Assembly (NCBI GenBank): GCA_040217195.1 | Contig: JAVJNR010000004.1 | Location: 896,001 to 960,000, forward strand | Origin: Leptospiraceae bacterium | Lineage (GTDB): Bacteria; Spirochaetota; Leptospiria; Leptospirales; Leptonemataceae | Direction: 5' to 3' | Length of the DNA: 64,000 nucleotides | Shown here: piece after piece, positions 1-10,439 of the stretch | Numbering within the stretch: position 1 is the first letter of the stretch | Layout: each line of letters begins with the position of its first letter | The notes under the pieces: generated by a model | The model's database searches: none | Told to the model about the DNA's origin: nothing | Seen by the model: only the letters and a program-made list of their open reading frames with translations | Position numbers and translations under genes: made by a program

Positions 1-623
1 CCTACGGCGATGGCGAAAATGGATTCGAAGACAATCTGGCCGAAATCGATTCATTGAGACCATTAAACCCCTATGGATATTCGAAACAAATGTTTGATCA
101 ATGGATAGCCTCCAACACCGGTTTTGATAATCTCTTCGCTGGCTTGAAATACTTCAATGTATACGGTCCCAATGAGTACCACAAAGGTTACATGCAATCG
201 GTGGTTCTAAAAGGCTTTCGTCAAATCCGAGACACAGGAAAGATCGGATTATTCAAAAGTTACCGAGATGACTATGGCCACGGTGAACAAAAGAGGGATT
301 TTCTCTACGTAAAGGATGCGGCCAGGATTACGGTATTCTTTCTTATGGATGCAACCGAAACTTGCGGACTATTTAACGTGGGCAGCGGAACGGCCAATAC
401 CTGGGTGGATCTGGCCAATGGCATATTCCAGGCAATGGAAAAGGAACCAAATATTGAATTCATAGACATGCCTGAAGAAATGCGAGCCAGGTACCAGTAT
501 TATACCTGCGCCCCCATCCAGAGATTAAGAGAGGCAGGCTTCAAGGATCATATTGGCACACTTCAGGAATCCATTTCTGATTACGTTCGCGCATATCTGC
601 TGAATGGGGAAACTAATGCATAG
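1..623 (+). CDS. rfaD: ADP-L-glycero-D-manno-heptose 6-epimerase (5'-truncated)
   Basis: Frame open from position 3 (YGDGENGFEDN...LRPLNPYGYSK). Has the SDR YxxxK motif, YFNVYGPNEYHKG and GEQKRDFLYVKD, typical of HldD/RfaD. Confidence 0.92.
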   Translation, partial: YGDGENGFEDNLAEIDSLRPLNPYGYSKQMFDQWIASNTGFDNLFAGLKYFNVYGPNEYHKGYMQSVVLKGFRQIRDTGKIGLFKSYRDDYGHGEQKRDFLYVKDAARITVFFLMDATETCGLFNVGSGTANTWVDLANGIFQAMEKEPNIEFIDMPEEMRARYQYYTCAPIQRLREAGFKDHIGTLQESISDYVRAYLLNGETNA

Positions 624-717
624 GCATCCATCGCCTGGCCGGAATTCCCATTAGACAGAATCCTTGATTCCAGGTATTCGAAATAGTCAAAATTGAATTT
701 ATAGAAATGAGCAAAAG

Positions 718-1782
718 CTAACGATTGGGTTTGGGACAGTTTGCCAGAAATCGTTCCAGGAATTCTTCCGGCTTATCCTGTAGCAGTCCATGTCCTGCAT
801 GCGAAAATTGATGCAGTTTTGATTTTCGAATGGCTCTATTCAGTTTCTTGCCAAGCTCAATTGGAGTAATGGAATCCTCTGTGCCCCAGTAAAGATCCAC
901 CGGCACTTTCAAATCCTTGAGTTCAGCAGGACGATAGAATACTTCGTTTTCTCTTTCCAGTGTATTGGCAGCCAGATATTGAAAGCCCGGGGCGGACCAT
1001 TCATACAGCAATCCAGAGATGGCCCAGTCCGGCAACTCTGGAATCTGAGAATAGAATAAATGACTGAATAGATCCCTTACCTCTTCGCGGTTTCCGGGAA
1101 AGAATCTACGTCTTAGCACTTCTCGCTCTTCCGGAGATAACAATAAGGCCCCTGGAGCCACCAGGTGCATACTGCTAAACAGATTCAGTCCATGGTACTT
1201 TTGTGCGAAAGAGCTGGCCTGCAAAGCTACCAGCCCACCCATACTATGACTGAGCAATACAGGCTGCCGCAGATTCAAACGATGATGAATTAGTCTAAAT
1301 ATGGTGGCTGAGATATCCGGCAAATGCCAGAGGCTGCGAATGTAGGGCATGGTGCTCTCTCCATGTCCCGGCAGGTCCAGCATATAAACTCTGAATCGCT
1401 TCAGTAGCTCCGGTAGGATTCGCCGAAAGACATGCGATGTATCCAGAAAACCATGAAGCAGCAAAAGTTCCTGCTCACCTTCGCCACCCGAATACAGTCG
1501 GAGCTTCTGGCCTTCATACAGAAGCAAATCGCTTCGCATGCCCAGGGATTGAATCTTGCGACCTATCCAGATTCTACGAAGCCACAATAACTGAGCCGCC
1601 CACCATTTACCTCTATGCTCCAGATCTTCGGGCTCCGGAAACAGGATATTACCATCCAGGTATTCTCGAGCCTCCGATGGATGGACCGGACTAATTAGTG
1701 GCCCTTGTTTTCCGGATTTACCACCGGTCTTTTTCCTGGCTGGCATGATTCTCCATGGATGTTTTCCATCCTTTGCATACAA
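718..1782 (-). CDS. alpha/beta-fold hydrolase (lipase/esterase-like)
   Basis: LLLHGF oxyanion motif, DLPGHGES, nucleophile SHSMGG, WGTED acid and AGH His. True start may be ~1747. Confidence 0.85.
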   Translation of the reverse strand: MYAKDGKHPWRIMPARKKTGGKSGKQGPLISPVHPSEAREYLDGNILFPEPEDLEHRGKWWAAQLLWLRRIWIGRKIQSLGMRSDLLLYEGQKLRLYSGGEGEQELLLLHGFLDTSHVFRRILPELLKRFRVYMLDLPGHGESTMPYIRSLWHLPDISATIFRLIHHRLNLRQPVLLSHSMGGLVALQASSFAQKYHGLNLFSSMHLVAPGALLLSPEEREVLRRRFFPGNREEVRDLFSHLFYSQIPELPDWAISGLLYEWSAPGFQYLAANTLERENEVFYRPAELKDLKVPVDLYWGTEDSITPIELGKKLNRAIRKSKLHQFSHAGHGLLQDKPEEFLERFLANCPKPNR

Positions 1783-1861
1783 TTAAAAACCTTCGCATTA
1801 ATCCACCGGGCCAACAATTTGCTTGGCATTGTCCGGTTCAACCGGGCAGGATACGACTGGC

Positions 1862-2566
1862 ATGCATATTCTTATTGTTGATGATGAGCCTCCAGCGGCC
1901 AGGCGTGTGCAACGATTACTTCAGGAGCATATGGAAGGGCCCATACAATCCATGAAGATTCTGCATGGGGTGGAGCCAGCTGTTTATTATCTCCAAGACC
2001 ATCCTGTGGACCTGGTCTTTCTGGACCTGGAAATCGCATCCGATAGTGGATTTGATCTTCTAAAGCGAGCTGCCAGCGGCAGCTTTCAAACAATTATAGT
2101 AAGCGGCCACCCGGAAGGCGCTATTCAGGCATTCGACCATGAAGTAGTGGACTTTGTTACCAAGCCAGTTCGTCCGGAACGATTCATTCAGGCTCTGGAA
2201 AGGCTTCGAAGGGCGCAAAAGAATCGCGGAGTGGAACGAACCAGTCTCAGTCTTCCCGGAGAAGAAGGAGTAGAAATCATAGATCTGGATTCAGTAGAAT
2301 GTATCCGAAGCGATGGAAACTATTGTAGAATTACGCAATACGACGGTACAGAAAGAAAGATACGAAAGACCCTGTCCTCTCTGGAATCTGAACTTGGGGC
2401 GAAGTTTATTCGAACCCATAAAAGCTGCATTGTGAGAAAAGACGATATTCGCAGGATTCTGAGTGCTGCGAACAATACGTTTCAGGCAGAGCTAAAGAGC
2501 GAAAAAAGAGTGCCGCTAAGCAGATCTGTTCGAGAAGATCTACGAAGCGGCATTTCACGGGAGTAG
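1862..2566 (+). CDS. LytTR-family response regulator
   Basis: ILIVDDEP...VFLDLE...FVTKP receiver plus C-terminal LytTR (FIRTHKSCIV, VPLSRS). ATG at 1862 preferred over the track's TTG at 1823. Confidence 0.92.
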   Translation: MHILIVDDEPPAARRVQRLLQEHMEGPIQSMKILHGVEPAVYYLQDHPVDLVFLDLEIASDSGFDLLKRAASGSFQTIIVSGHPEGAIQAFDHEVVDFVTKPVRPERFIQALERLRRAQKNRGVERTSLSLPGEEGVEIIDLDSVECIRSDGNYCRITQYDGTERKIRKTLSSLESELGAKFIRTHKSCIVRKDDIRRILSAANNTFQAELKSEKRVPLSRSVREDLRSGISRE

Positions 2567-2623
2567 CGTTACTTAGTCTGTACCATTACATGTATCTGAT
2601 TCTGGCTACGTATCCTGGAAGGA

Positions 2624-3421
2624 TTAACCACGGCAGCCTCTCCAGACTCCTTGAAGCCAGTCATCGGCCGCTTCATCGAATTCATCCCCGCACTCAGGGT
2701 CGCTGGAACCGCCGGAACTGTAATTCTTATGGCTGCACTGATCATGATCCATGCAGTCTTTTGTCCAGGAGGAGGCTAGCCACCAACGGCCGCAATCGCC
2801 ACCACATCGTCCCATGCAGCCATATCCAGAGCGGGGCTTGGAACCTACTCGGACGGATTCGTAATGCGAACCTCTGGAATCGTCATATTCCGCTGTTACA
2901 TAGGTATTTTTTGAAATGCAGGTTACACCTTCGTTTCTGGAAGCTGCATAGTAGCTCTTGGATGGGCCACTGATGTCGCGTGAGCTGTAAGAATATCCTT
3001 CCGGTGCTTCAGCCCAGTAGGAAATCACTGCCAGAAAAGCCGTTTGAATTCGGTTTCCAGATGTATTTCCGGTGGCTTCTAGATGCGAAGCGAACTCTTC
3101 AGCCAGTGCATTCAGCGCAGACTTCTGAGACTCGGTTAAAACGGCGTTTCCTCCGTCCAGCTGAATAGAGCCATCGGCCCCCAGAGAAGCAGTAAAGGAC
3201 TTTCCATCGATGATTACTTCAGCCTGAAAATCGTCCCCCTGAGTCGTAGCATCGTAACTTAGAGCTACTCCGTTGTAAGTGCCCTGACCCTGAATATGAT
3301 CTGAGCTGGCCGCATGAGCCTTTAGGACCAGAGCATTAAGTGCTTCAGAATTTTCATTCTGTGGAGCACAGTATAGTAGACAGCCCACTACCAGTGCAGC
3401 CGTAACTTTTGTTAAATTCAT
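2624..3421 (-). CDS. Lipoprotein with Cys-rich C-terminal domain (CMGRCG...DCMDHDQC)
   Basis: Signal peptide with lipobox LLYC; RBS GAGG upstream; clustered cysteines in the C-terminal ~100 aa. Confidence 0.75.
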   Translation of the reverse strand: MNLTKVTAALVVGCLLYCAPQNENSEALNALVLKAHAASSDHIQGQGTYNGVALSYDATTQGDDFQAEVIIDGKSFTASLGADGSIQLDGGNAVLTESQKSALNALAEEFASHLEATGNTSGNRIQTAFLAVISYWAEAPEGYSYSSRDISGPSKSYYAASRNEGVTCISKNTYVTAEYDDSRGSHYESVRVGSKPRSGYGCMGRCGGDCGRWWLASSWTKDCMDHDQCSHKNYSSGGSSDPECGDEFDEAADDWLQGVWRGCRG

Positions 3422-3556
3422 TTTGAACCTCGCATGAACATTTGATCTTTCTTTACTTGACCGACTTGCAGATGGGGACCTGCAATGCCGGACATCCGTT
3501 TTAGGATGTTCGAATGATTACATGAAGAAATGGGCAGGTCAAACCTGGTGGGATGA

Positions 3557-5533
3557 ATGGTAGAAATCTCAGATCAAAAGTTGAAATTTTTTCTTCGATT
3601 CAGATTCAACCATCCAGGCTCGGCAGGAATGAAAAGGCAAAGACCAGGAGTTTTCGGGAGCCCGGGGTTTGCGAGCATTTCGAGTCCGATTCAGCGTTTC
3701 TGGGAGTATAAGAGACGATTCTTGAGCTGGACTGGCAAAACCCGGGGATTGCTTGCTGGCATGCTACTGCTGCTATGCACTGGATGCAGCGATTCAATCG
3801 TCACCCTCCATCGAATCCAGGTACACTCATGGCCCACCGACACGGTGCCGGACTCGAACCAACCAGATGAAACGGCTCAATTGCAACCAGGAAAGAAAGA
3901 GCAAAACCTGGTTATACCCAATAATATAAGTTCGGCTCTGAATCTAAACGGGGACCAGATCTGTGTGCAACTACGCAGTCAGATCGAATTACCTCCCGAT
4001 ACGTTGCAGGAAAGTTACGCAATTGATGCAGGTCGGCTGTCAGATGTTTCGAATATCTATTTCAATGATGTTTTGATTAGCCAGAGGGGTGCATTGAATC
4101 CGTACCGCTCCGGAGCATTCAGACCTCAGATGGCAGCCATACCGCGAGAGATTACCAGACCCGGCCTCAATCAGATACGAATTCATTTATGTAGCTACCG
4201 AGATTACTACCCGGTCCAGGCCATGGATCCGGTGCGAATTGGACCCGACGAAGCTATCTGGCAACAAAGAACACTGCGCGAAGTGATAGCTTTTGTTTTT
4301 CTCGCATTCTATCTTATGGCATCAGTGCAGCATCTCTGGCTGGGATTACGTAGAAAGCAGGAGAAGTATCATCTGGCCTTTTCCGGTTTTCTACTGGTGG
4401 TTTCTGCTTACTGGTTTGTTGCAGAGACAATGACCCGGGATATGATCTTTGGCGAACATGTGCTCTGGCATCGGAAAACGGAGTACATACTTCTTTTCTT
4501 CATCGTGCCTTTATTTTTGCTTTTTCTATCCAGGTTTGGTTCTCACAGAGGGGAACGGATCAGCTACGCTGCTCTGGTAGTAGCTTCCGTTTTGACCGCG
4601 GTTTCTTTACCTTCGGACATTGCCATCGTCCGGCTATGCGGATGGATCTGGCAATTCGGCTTTTTGATGCTCAGTCCTTATCTTGCCTATCTGGCCTACA
4701 GGCAACTGCTTCGCCCCTTTCCCTATGCAAAGCTGATGACAGGTGCCGTATTGCTTCTATTGGTCAGTGCCATACATGATATTCTGGTTTCGCTGAGCGT
4801 ACTACATTCCATGCGAATCTCAAGCTACTCTCTTGCATTCCTGGTACTTGGACTGGTAATACTTCTGGGAGATCAACTGGTTCAGGCCACAAACAGAAGC
4901 GAACGATTGCTGTCCCATGCCACACGATTAAATCTGGAAATGCTGAAAAAGAATATTCATCCCCATTTCCTGGCAAACAGTTTGAATTCTGCTGTGGAAT
5001 TGGTACATGAGGATCCCCAAAGAGCGGAAAAGCTTCTGCTGGCATTAATTGATGAACTGCGAAGTACCATCGAGCTCTCCGATCAAAAACTCTGCCCTCT
5101 GGAGACAGAAATACAGCTATGCAGAAACCATGTTCAGGTCATGAGCCTGCGAATGGAAAAGGATATTCAACTGGAAGTTCTGGGCGATCTAAATGCAGAA
5201 ATTCCTCCCCTGGTTTTGCTGACCATGATCGAGAACGGTATTACCCATGGGTTTAAAAACAGGCAGGAAGGCTATTTTCGCATCAATGTAAGAAAATACA
5301 GAAACGAAGTATTCATAGCAGTCGAGAACAATGGAGAGGGCTCGGTGGCAACCAGGGCTGGTAAAGAAGAGCAACGCAATGGCAATGAGCTCAGGATAGG
5401 CACTGGTACACGATACATTCGCAGTCGCCTGGAGGAATTGTGCCCCGGACAATGGAGCATTCACCGAGAGGTCCGTGGCCAGCGTTATATTGTATTGCTA
5501 TCGTATGTGCATTCAGGTTTTTTCGAAAAATGA
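3557..5533 (+). CDS. LytS-type sensor histidine kinase with 7TM-DISM-like sensor
   Basis: Periplasmic beta domain, about 7 hydrophobic helices, IHPHFLANSLN H-box, IPPLVLLTMIENGITHG N-box. Start uncertain (3629 or later). Confidence 0.88.
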   Translation: MVEISDQKLKFFLRFRFNHPGSAGMKRQRPGVFGSPGFASISSPIQRFWEYKRRFLSWTGKTRGLLAGMLLLLCTGCSDSIVTLHRIQVHSWPTDTVPDSNQPDETAQLQPGKKEQNLVIPNNISSALNLNGDQICVQLRSQIELPPDTLQESYAIDAGRLSDVSNIYFNDVLISQRGALNPYRSGAFRPQMAAIPREITRPGLNQIRIHLCSYRDYYPVQAMDPVRIGPDEAIWQQRTLREVIAFVFLAFYLMASVQHLWLGLRRKQEKYHLAFSGFLLVVSAYWFVAETMTRDMIFGEHVLWHRKTEYILLFFIVPLFLLFLSRFGSHRGERISYAALVVASVLTAVSLPSDIAIVRLCGWIWQFGFLMLSPYLAYLAYRQLLRPFPYAKLMTGAVLLLLVSAIHDILVSLSVLHSMRISSYSLAFLVLGLVILLGDQLVQATNRSERLLSHATRLNLEMLKKNIHPHFLANSLNSAVELVHEDPQRAEKLLLALIDELRSTIELSDQKLCPLETEIQLCRNHVQVMSLRMEKDIQLEVLGDLNAEIPPLVLLTMIENGITHGFKNRQEGYFRINVRKYRNEVFIAVENNGEGSVATRAGKEEQRNGNELRIGTGTRYIRSRLEELCPGQWSIHREVRGQRYIVLLSYVHSGFFEK

Positions 5534-5639
5534 ATAGTAACGAAATCATTGATCCAAACCTGCATTCAAACTTTATTAACCAAAAGCAACAGTATATTTT
5601 ATTCATCAATTCGTTGCATTATTTCGAGGCGGTATACTA

Positions 5640-5993
5640 TTGAATGCATTGGATTTAGTTGTAGGGTGTCTACAGCTCACATTATCTGTTTCTACAGCTT
5701 TTAGTTCTTATGAGATAGTAGAAAGCGCCCCTCCGCCTTCGAACCAGAACATACCCTACATCCAATTTGCTGATCCCTCCGAAAGTCGCCCGCGCGAAGC
5801 AATCGTTGTCGAGCGATGCAAGATACTTGATGAACCCGGCCTGAAGAAAAACCTGCACCTTGATTTTACAGAAGAATTCTCAGAGTCAGGAAAAGACCAT
5901 TCCCAAATAATAATTGTGACCGGTTCCGGGTTTGATCCCGAACCATTTCAGGCTATGCATTCATGCTTCTACATCTACTCAGACCAACCATAG
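5640..5993 (+). CDS. hypothetical exported protein
   Basis: 117-aa ORF with hydrophobic N-terminus and GAGG RBS before a TTG start; AT-rich upstream region. Confidence 0.45.
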   Translation: MNALDLVVGCLQLTLSVSTAFSSYEIVESAPPPSNQNIPYIQFADPSESRPREAIVVERCKILDEPGLKKNLHLDFTEEFSESGKDHSQIIIVTGSGFDPEPFQAMHSCFYIYSDQP

Positions 5994-6364
5994 CGCTCCA
6001 ATTAATGTTGCTTGGAAGTTGCTCTTTGGATGTAACTGGCATGCAAATTCGAAAGGAGATTCCGACAGGATCTTATACCTGGCACTCGCCAATCATACTC
6101 TATTCATGCACAGTTGAAGATACTGCGAATCGCGTACCAGATTTTTCGGGATTGCAGCGGGCCATGAATCGAGGTTGCCCCGATGCAGTTGGGCTTGCAC
6201 GAGCAGATATACAGCTAATTGCGCATAAGAGAAAGCCGGGCTCAGATAGCTTTTCCACTATTCATTGCTGGACCATGCGAGGGTACCCTGTTTTTCCCGA
6301 TAATCTTAAATCTGGCTGCAATCAATCGAGCAATCTGAAGATCTTGAATGCAACTGAAGAATGA
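5963..6364 (+). CDS. hypothetical lipoprotein
   Basis: Lipobox-like LLGSC, paired cysteines, ends CWTMRGYPV. Confidence 0.5.
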   Translation: MLLHLLRPTIALQLMLLGSCSLDVTGMQIRKEIPTGSYTWHSPIILYSCTVEDTANRVPDFSGLQRAMNRGCPDAVGLARADIQLIAHKRKPGSDSFSTIHCWTMRGYPVFPDNLKSGCNQSSNLKILNATEE

Positions 6365-6490
6365 CCGAGCCTCTGATTCCAGAAACAGCGATAGGTGATA
6401 AGAAGGAACTGACTGAGATCAATGTATGGGATGAGCGATCAATCCCGCGAATATCCGAAGCGGCATCATCCCGGATCTGGAAAATCGGAG

Positions 6491-7423
6491 TTAACCAAGT
6501 AGAGTAGTTGCATGCACTTCCACAGATTCGGCCAGAGCATCCAGATGATAGCCACCCTCAAGAAAGGAAATGATCTTTCCCTGACAATGAGTCCTGGCAA
6601 AGTCCATGGCCCAGGCGCTCATCCATTCAAAGCTACTAGTTCGTAACTCCATTGAAGCCAGAGGGTCTTTTTCATGGGCATCAAAGCCAGCGCTAATCAA
6701 TAAGATGTCAGGTTCAAAATCTTCCAGCTTCCTCTGAACGATCCCCTCCAGAGCTTCCTTGTAAGTTCCCTCTTCGGTTCCTGCCTGCAACGGAAGGTTT
6801 AATGTGAATCCTTGGCCTGCACCAGCCCCCTGCTCGGAGGCCGAGCCAGTTCCAGGATAGAAGGGAAACTGATGAAGACTGACAAATAGAACATTCGGAT
6901 CTGAATAGAACATATCCTGGGTCCCATTTCCGTGGTGTACATCCCAGTCCAGAATGGCCGGCCTTTTATAACCCAGACTCTGCAAATATCGCGCGGTAAT
7001 GGCAATATTATTAAATAGACAAAATCCCATGGCCCGACTGGGCAAACTATGATGGCCAGGAGGCCGAACCAGCAGAAGGGCACGGTCTACCTCTCCGGAA
7101 TGGACTGCATCCGCAGCCGACAGGCCAGCACCGGCAGCCATGCTTGCAGCATTGAAGGATTCCTTGCTGGTTACTGTATCTCCGTCCAGGGATCGTTCGC
7201 TTTTCGAATAGAGCTCCACCACATCTACGTAATCCGTAGCATGTACCAGACCAATCTCCTCTCTGGTAGCATAACGTGGTTCCAGGCTGGCAAATCGTCC
7301 CATGGAGCCGGTTTTTTCCATTCTATTCACTATCGCTTCCAGTCTACGGGCCGATTCCGGATGCATCATACCGGTATCATGCTTTTGAAATAATTCATGG
7401 GTGAACAGGGCACAACGGGACAC
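6491..7423 (-). CDS. histone deacetylase / AcuC-family deacetylase
   Basis: HPESARRL, RPPGHH, GFCLFNN, DWDVHHGNGTQ, SAGFDAH, LEGGY motifs. Confidence 0.95.
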   Translation of the reverse strand: MSRCALFTHELFQKHDTGMMHPESARRLEAIVNRMEKTGSMGRFASLEPRYATREEIGLVHATDYVDVVELYSKSERSLDGDTVTSKESFNAASMAAGAGLSAADAVHSGEVDRALLLVRPPGHHSLPSRAMGFCLFNNIAITARYLQSLGYKRPAILDWDVHHGNGTQDMFYSDPNVLFVSLHQFPFYPGTGSASEQGAGAGQGFTLNLPLQAGTEEGTYKEALEGIVQRKLEDFEPDILLISAGFDAHEKDPLASMELRTSSFEWMSAWAMDFARTHCQGKIISFLEGGYHLDALAESVEVHATTLLG

Positions 7424-7523
7424 CTCCAGAGCTTAATAAAGGACAGAGGTCTGTGTCGACCAAAAATGAAAAGTGCTCCTTAAAATCCGTTGATCGTCCA
7501 GGCCAGGCGCAAGCACTGGATTT

Positions 7524-8726
7524 GTGTCCTATCTTGAATTTATCAAAAAGGAAGTTGGCAACTGGAAAGAAAAAAGCCTGCTTCGCACCCTAAGATATGA
7601 GCCGGACCTTATCGATTTTTCCTCGAATGATTATCTCTGTCTGAACAAAGATGGTAGCCACGGAGCTTTACTTCAGAGTTTAACAGATGCCACCGGAGCT
7701 TTTGCCAATTCCGGCAGCGGAACTAACGTTACAGTCGGAAGCACAGGATCCAGGCTCATTCGCGGCCACTGGCCATCTTTTGAAGAAGCGGAAAGCCAGT
7801 TCAATCAGTGGACCGAGGTTCCCTCCTCGCTGTTATTTCAAAGCGGCTACAGTGCCAACGTTGGAGCTCTATCTGCTCTCACCGGTCCTGGAGATGTGGC
7901 CTTTTGCGATCGCCTCTGCCATGCCAGTCTGCTGGATGGCATCAGGTTATCCGGGGCTCAGAAACAGTATTATGATCACAATGACCTGGATCATCTGGAA
8001 AGTCTGTTAAGGAAAAAACCCTGCAAAAGAAGACGATGGATACTTTGCGAAGGAGTATTCAGCATGGATGGCGATACTCCAGATCTAGACGGATTACTTC
8101 AGTTATGTAAACGATACGATGCAACGCTTTATCTGGATGAGGCCCATAGTCTGGGTTACTATGGATCAGAAAGATCGCCAGGCGCCGGACTGGTTGCTTC
8201 GCTTAGGGAGAAGCTGGATTCGGATTTGTTTTCTTACCTGGTGATCAGTGCGCCCCTGGGCAAGGCCCCCGGAATTATGGGAGCTTTTGTAGCCGGTGAT
8301 GCACTACTAAAGGAATTTCTTGTGAATCGAGCTCGGTCTTTTGTGTTCTCCACGGCTCAACCTCCCTTGCTTGCAGCGATGATCTCCCGGATCCTGGAAA
8401 ATTTCAGAACTCATAAATACGATGAAAGAATCTCTAAACTAAGATCCAATGCTAGTTATTTCCGGGAAAGAGTAGAGCAGCTAGGTCTTGGACTGAATTC
8501 CCAATCCGCTATTGTGCCTGTAGTTCTGGGCCAGGCCGAAACTTGCCTGGAAACGTCTGAGAGCCTGAAGTCCATGGGCATGGATGTAAGGGCTATTCGT
8601 CCACCGACAGTGGCCGAGGGATCCAGCCGGCTGCGAATCACGGTCCATAGCTGCCACACTCAGAAACAGCTGGATAGACTTTTGCAGGGAATTCTACAGA
8701 AGATTCCATCTGATCAGGCGGTTTGA
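7524..8726 (+). CDS. bioF: 8-amino-7-oxononanoate synthase
   Basis: FSSNDYL, GSTGSRL, SGYSAN, HASLLDG, FSMDGD, DEAHS, LGKA (PLP Lys), AIRPPTV. Confidence 0.88.
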   Translation: MSYLEFIKKEVGNWKEKSLLRTLRYEPDLIDFSSNDYLCLNKDGSHGALLQSLTDATGAFANSGSGTNVTVGSTGSRLIRGHWPSFEEAESQFNQWTEVPSSLLFQSGYSANVGALSALTGPGDVAFCDRLCHASLLDGIRLSGAQKQYYDHNDLDHLESLLRKKPCKRRRWILCEGVFSMDGDTPDLDGLLQLCKRYDATLYLDEAHSLGYYGSERSPGAGLVASLREKLDSDLFSYLVISAPLGKAPGIMGAFVAGDALLKEFLVNRARSFVFSTAQPPLLAAMISRILENFRTHKYDERISKLRSNASYFRERVEQLGLGLNSQSAIVPVVLGQAETCLETSESLKSMGMDVRAIRPPTVAEGSSRLRITVHSCHTQKQLDRLLQGILQKIPSDQAV

Positions 8727-8781
8727 TTGATTTTAAAGGATTCTCTTGCCTCGGATTACGAGTTATCCATACAATTGATTT

Positions 8782-9261
8782 ATGGAAGAACTCCGACAGC
8801 TATTTTCCAGGGCACTTTCCTGGGCAGATGCACATGTCAGTGCTGAAGAAGTCTTAACAGGTTATCCTGCGAATCTCCAGGGTCAGGTGATCCCCGGGCA
8901 GGATTACAGCCCCTATCAATTGCTGGAGCATATGCGCATAGCTCAGGAAGATATTCTGGATTTCAGCCGCAACCCGCAATATAAAAAGCTGGCCTGGCCT
9001 GCAGACTACTGGCCCCGGGAGGTCTCGCCACCTTCCGAGGATTCCTGGGAAAAGTCCGTCCGGGCATTCCTGTTCGATCGAGAAGAGATGGTGCTGTTGA
9101 TTCAGGACCCACGCCAGGATCTGTTTGAGCCACTTGCGCATGGCAGCGGCCAGAGCCTGGCGCGACAGGCCATCCTGCTGGTGGATCACAACGCCTACCA
9201 CCTGGGACAGTTGGCCTTATTTCGTAAAATTCAGGGCGACCAGTCCCGCAGGATTAAATAG
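8782..9261 (+). CDS. DinB-superfamily four-helix protein
   Basis: QLLEHMRIAQ.DIL and DHNAYHLGQ His motifs. Confidence 0.8.
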   Translation: MEELRQLFSRALSWADAHVSAEEVLTGYPANLQGQVIPGQDYSPYQLLEHMRIAQEDILDFSRNPQYKKLAWPADYWPREVSPPSEDSWEKSVRAFLFDREEMVLLIQDPRQDLFEPLAHGSGQSLARQAILLVDHNAYHLGQLALFRKIQGDQSRRIK

Positions 9262-9267
9262 TTTCAG

Positions 9268-10308
9268 GTGCCATTCTGGAACGAAAAGAGAGTCCAGGAA
9301 TTCGTAAGCGGACTCGGCGAGGGGGTGCAGGGCGCCACTCTGGAGGAATTCCTGGGATTTATTGCAGGATTGTTTCTGGTCATCTTTGTCATAGTCTGGT
9401 TACAGCGACGGTCTGATTCGTTCAAAAAGAAAAAAGCATGGGAACATAGCAGAGAACTGTTCGAAAGAGAATTGGAAGAACGGATGCTGCCACCTTCTGC
9501 CGTTCAACTTATGGAAGATCTGGCTCATGCAATGGAAAATGCTGACCGGGGATTCGAAATCCACCGATTGTTTCGCGAGCCGTCCGTCTTCGATAGATAT
9601 GCAAACTGGCTCATAGAAGATGATGCAGATCTGCGCAGACCACTTCGACTACTAAAACCCATTCTCGGATTGGGACATGGATTCAGCGGTCAAAGTGTTC
9701 TTTCCACCGAGGAAATTCCTGCCGGTCAGTGGATTACTTTAATTCTGAAAGATACATGGACCGCCCGGGCCCAGGTCCTTGCGAACGATGCAAAATCCCT
9801 CCGGGTTCAGTGCCAGGACCTCAGCCAGTCTGATATCAATTCAACAATTAGTTCTGTAACCATTCAATGGGAAAGAAAAGGAATTCTACATGAAAGCAAA
9901 TGCAGAATGAAAACGGAGTCCCATCATACCCGATCTGCTACCACACCGGCCATTTTGCATCTTCAGCATTCCGATGAAGTAAAAAAGCTTCATCGCCGCA
10001 AATTCATTCGCGCTTCCTGCGATCTTGCCGGTACGTTGCAGGGAAAAAGGATTCGAATTCGAAATATTGGTGGAGGCGGATTTATGAGCACAGATGCTGA
10101 TGTTTCGGATTTAGACTCTTTATCCGAAGGGCCTTCAGTGCTTGTATGCAAGATTGACCTGGTAGGTAGAATCATAGAATGCAGTGTTCGGTATCTTGAA
10201 AGTTCAGCCCTGGGCCAGCATTTCGCTTTTGAAAGAATCCGTCCAGGGGATCAGGACAGGATTGTACACTTCGTACTGGAACAGTCGCAGATTGATTCGG
10301 AGCACTAA
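9268..10308 (+). CDS. membrane-anchored PilZ-domain protein (flagellar-brake-like)
   Basis: N-terminal TM helix; C-terminal RRKFIR (RxxxR) and NIGGGG motifs. Confidence 0.7.
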   Translation: MPFWNEKRVQEFVSGLGEGVQGATLEEFLGFIAGLFLVIFVIVWLQRRSDSFKKKKAWEHSRELFERELEERMLPPSAVQLMEDLAHAMENADRGFEIHRLFREPSVFDRYANWLIEDDADLRRPLRLLKPILGLGHGFSGQSVLSTEEIPAGQWITLILKDTWTARAQVLANDAKSLRVQCQDLSQSDINSTISSVTIQWERKGILHESKCRMKTESHHTRSATTPAILHLQHSDEVKKLHRRKFIRASCDLAGTLQGKRIRIRNIGGGGFMSTDADVSDLDSLSEGPSVLVCKIDLVGRIIECSVRYLESSALGQHFAFERIRPGDQDRIVHFVLEQSQIDSEH

Positions 10309-10439
10309 CTTTAGGAAACCTGAGTTAGAGCCGGTTCGCAATTACATATCGATCCGATAGGAATGACCCATGGCTCTGTTTTTGTTCATTTTTTGTCCTT
10401 GGTTAACTGCTTGAAAATTGCGGGCCAGCAAGGACGCTG

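Noticed and set aside
8782..9261. Assigning the gene symbol dinB to the DinB-superfamily protein
   Set aside because: It is the four-helix DinB/YfiT fold, unrelated to DNA polymerase IV at 48260-49591.
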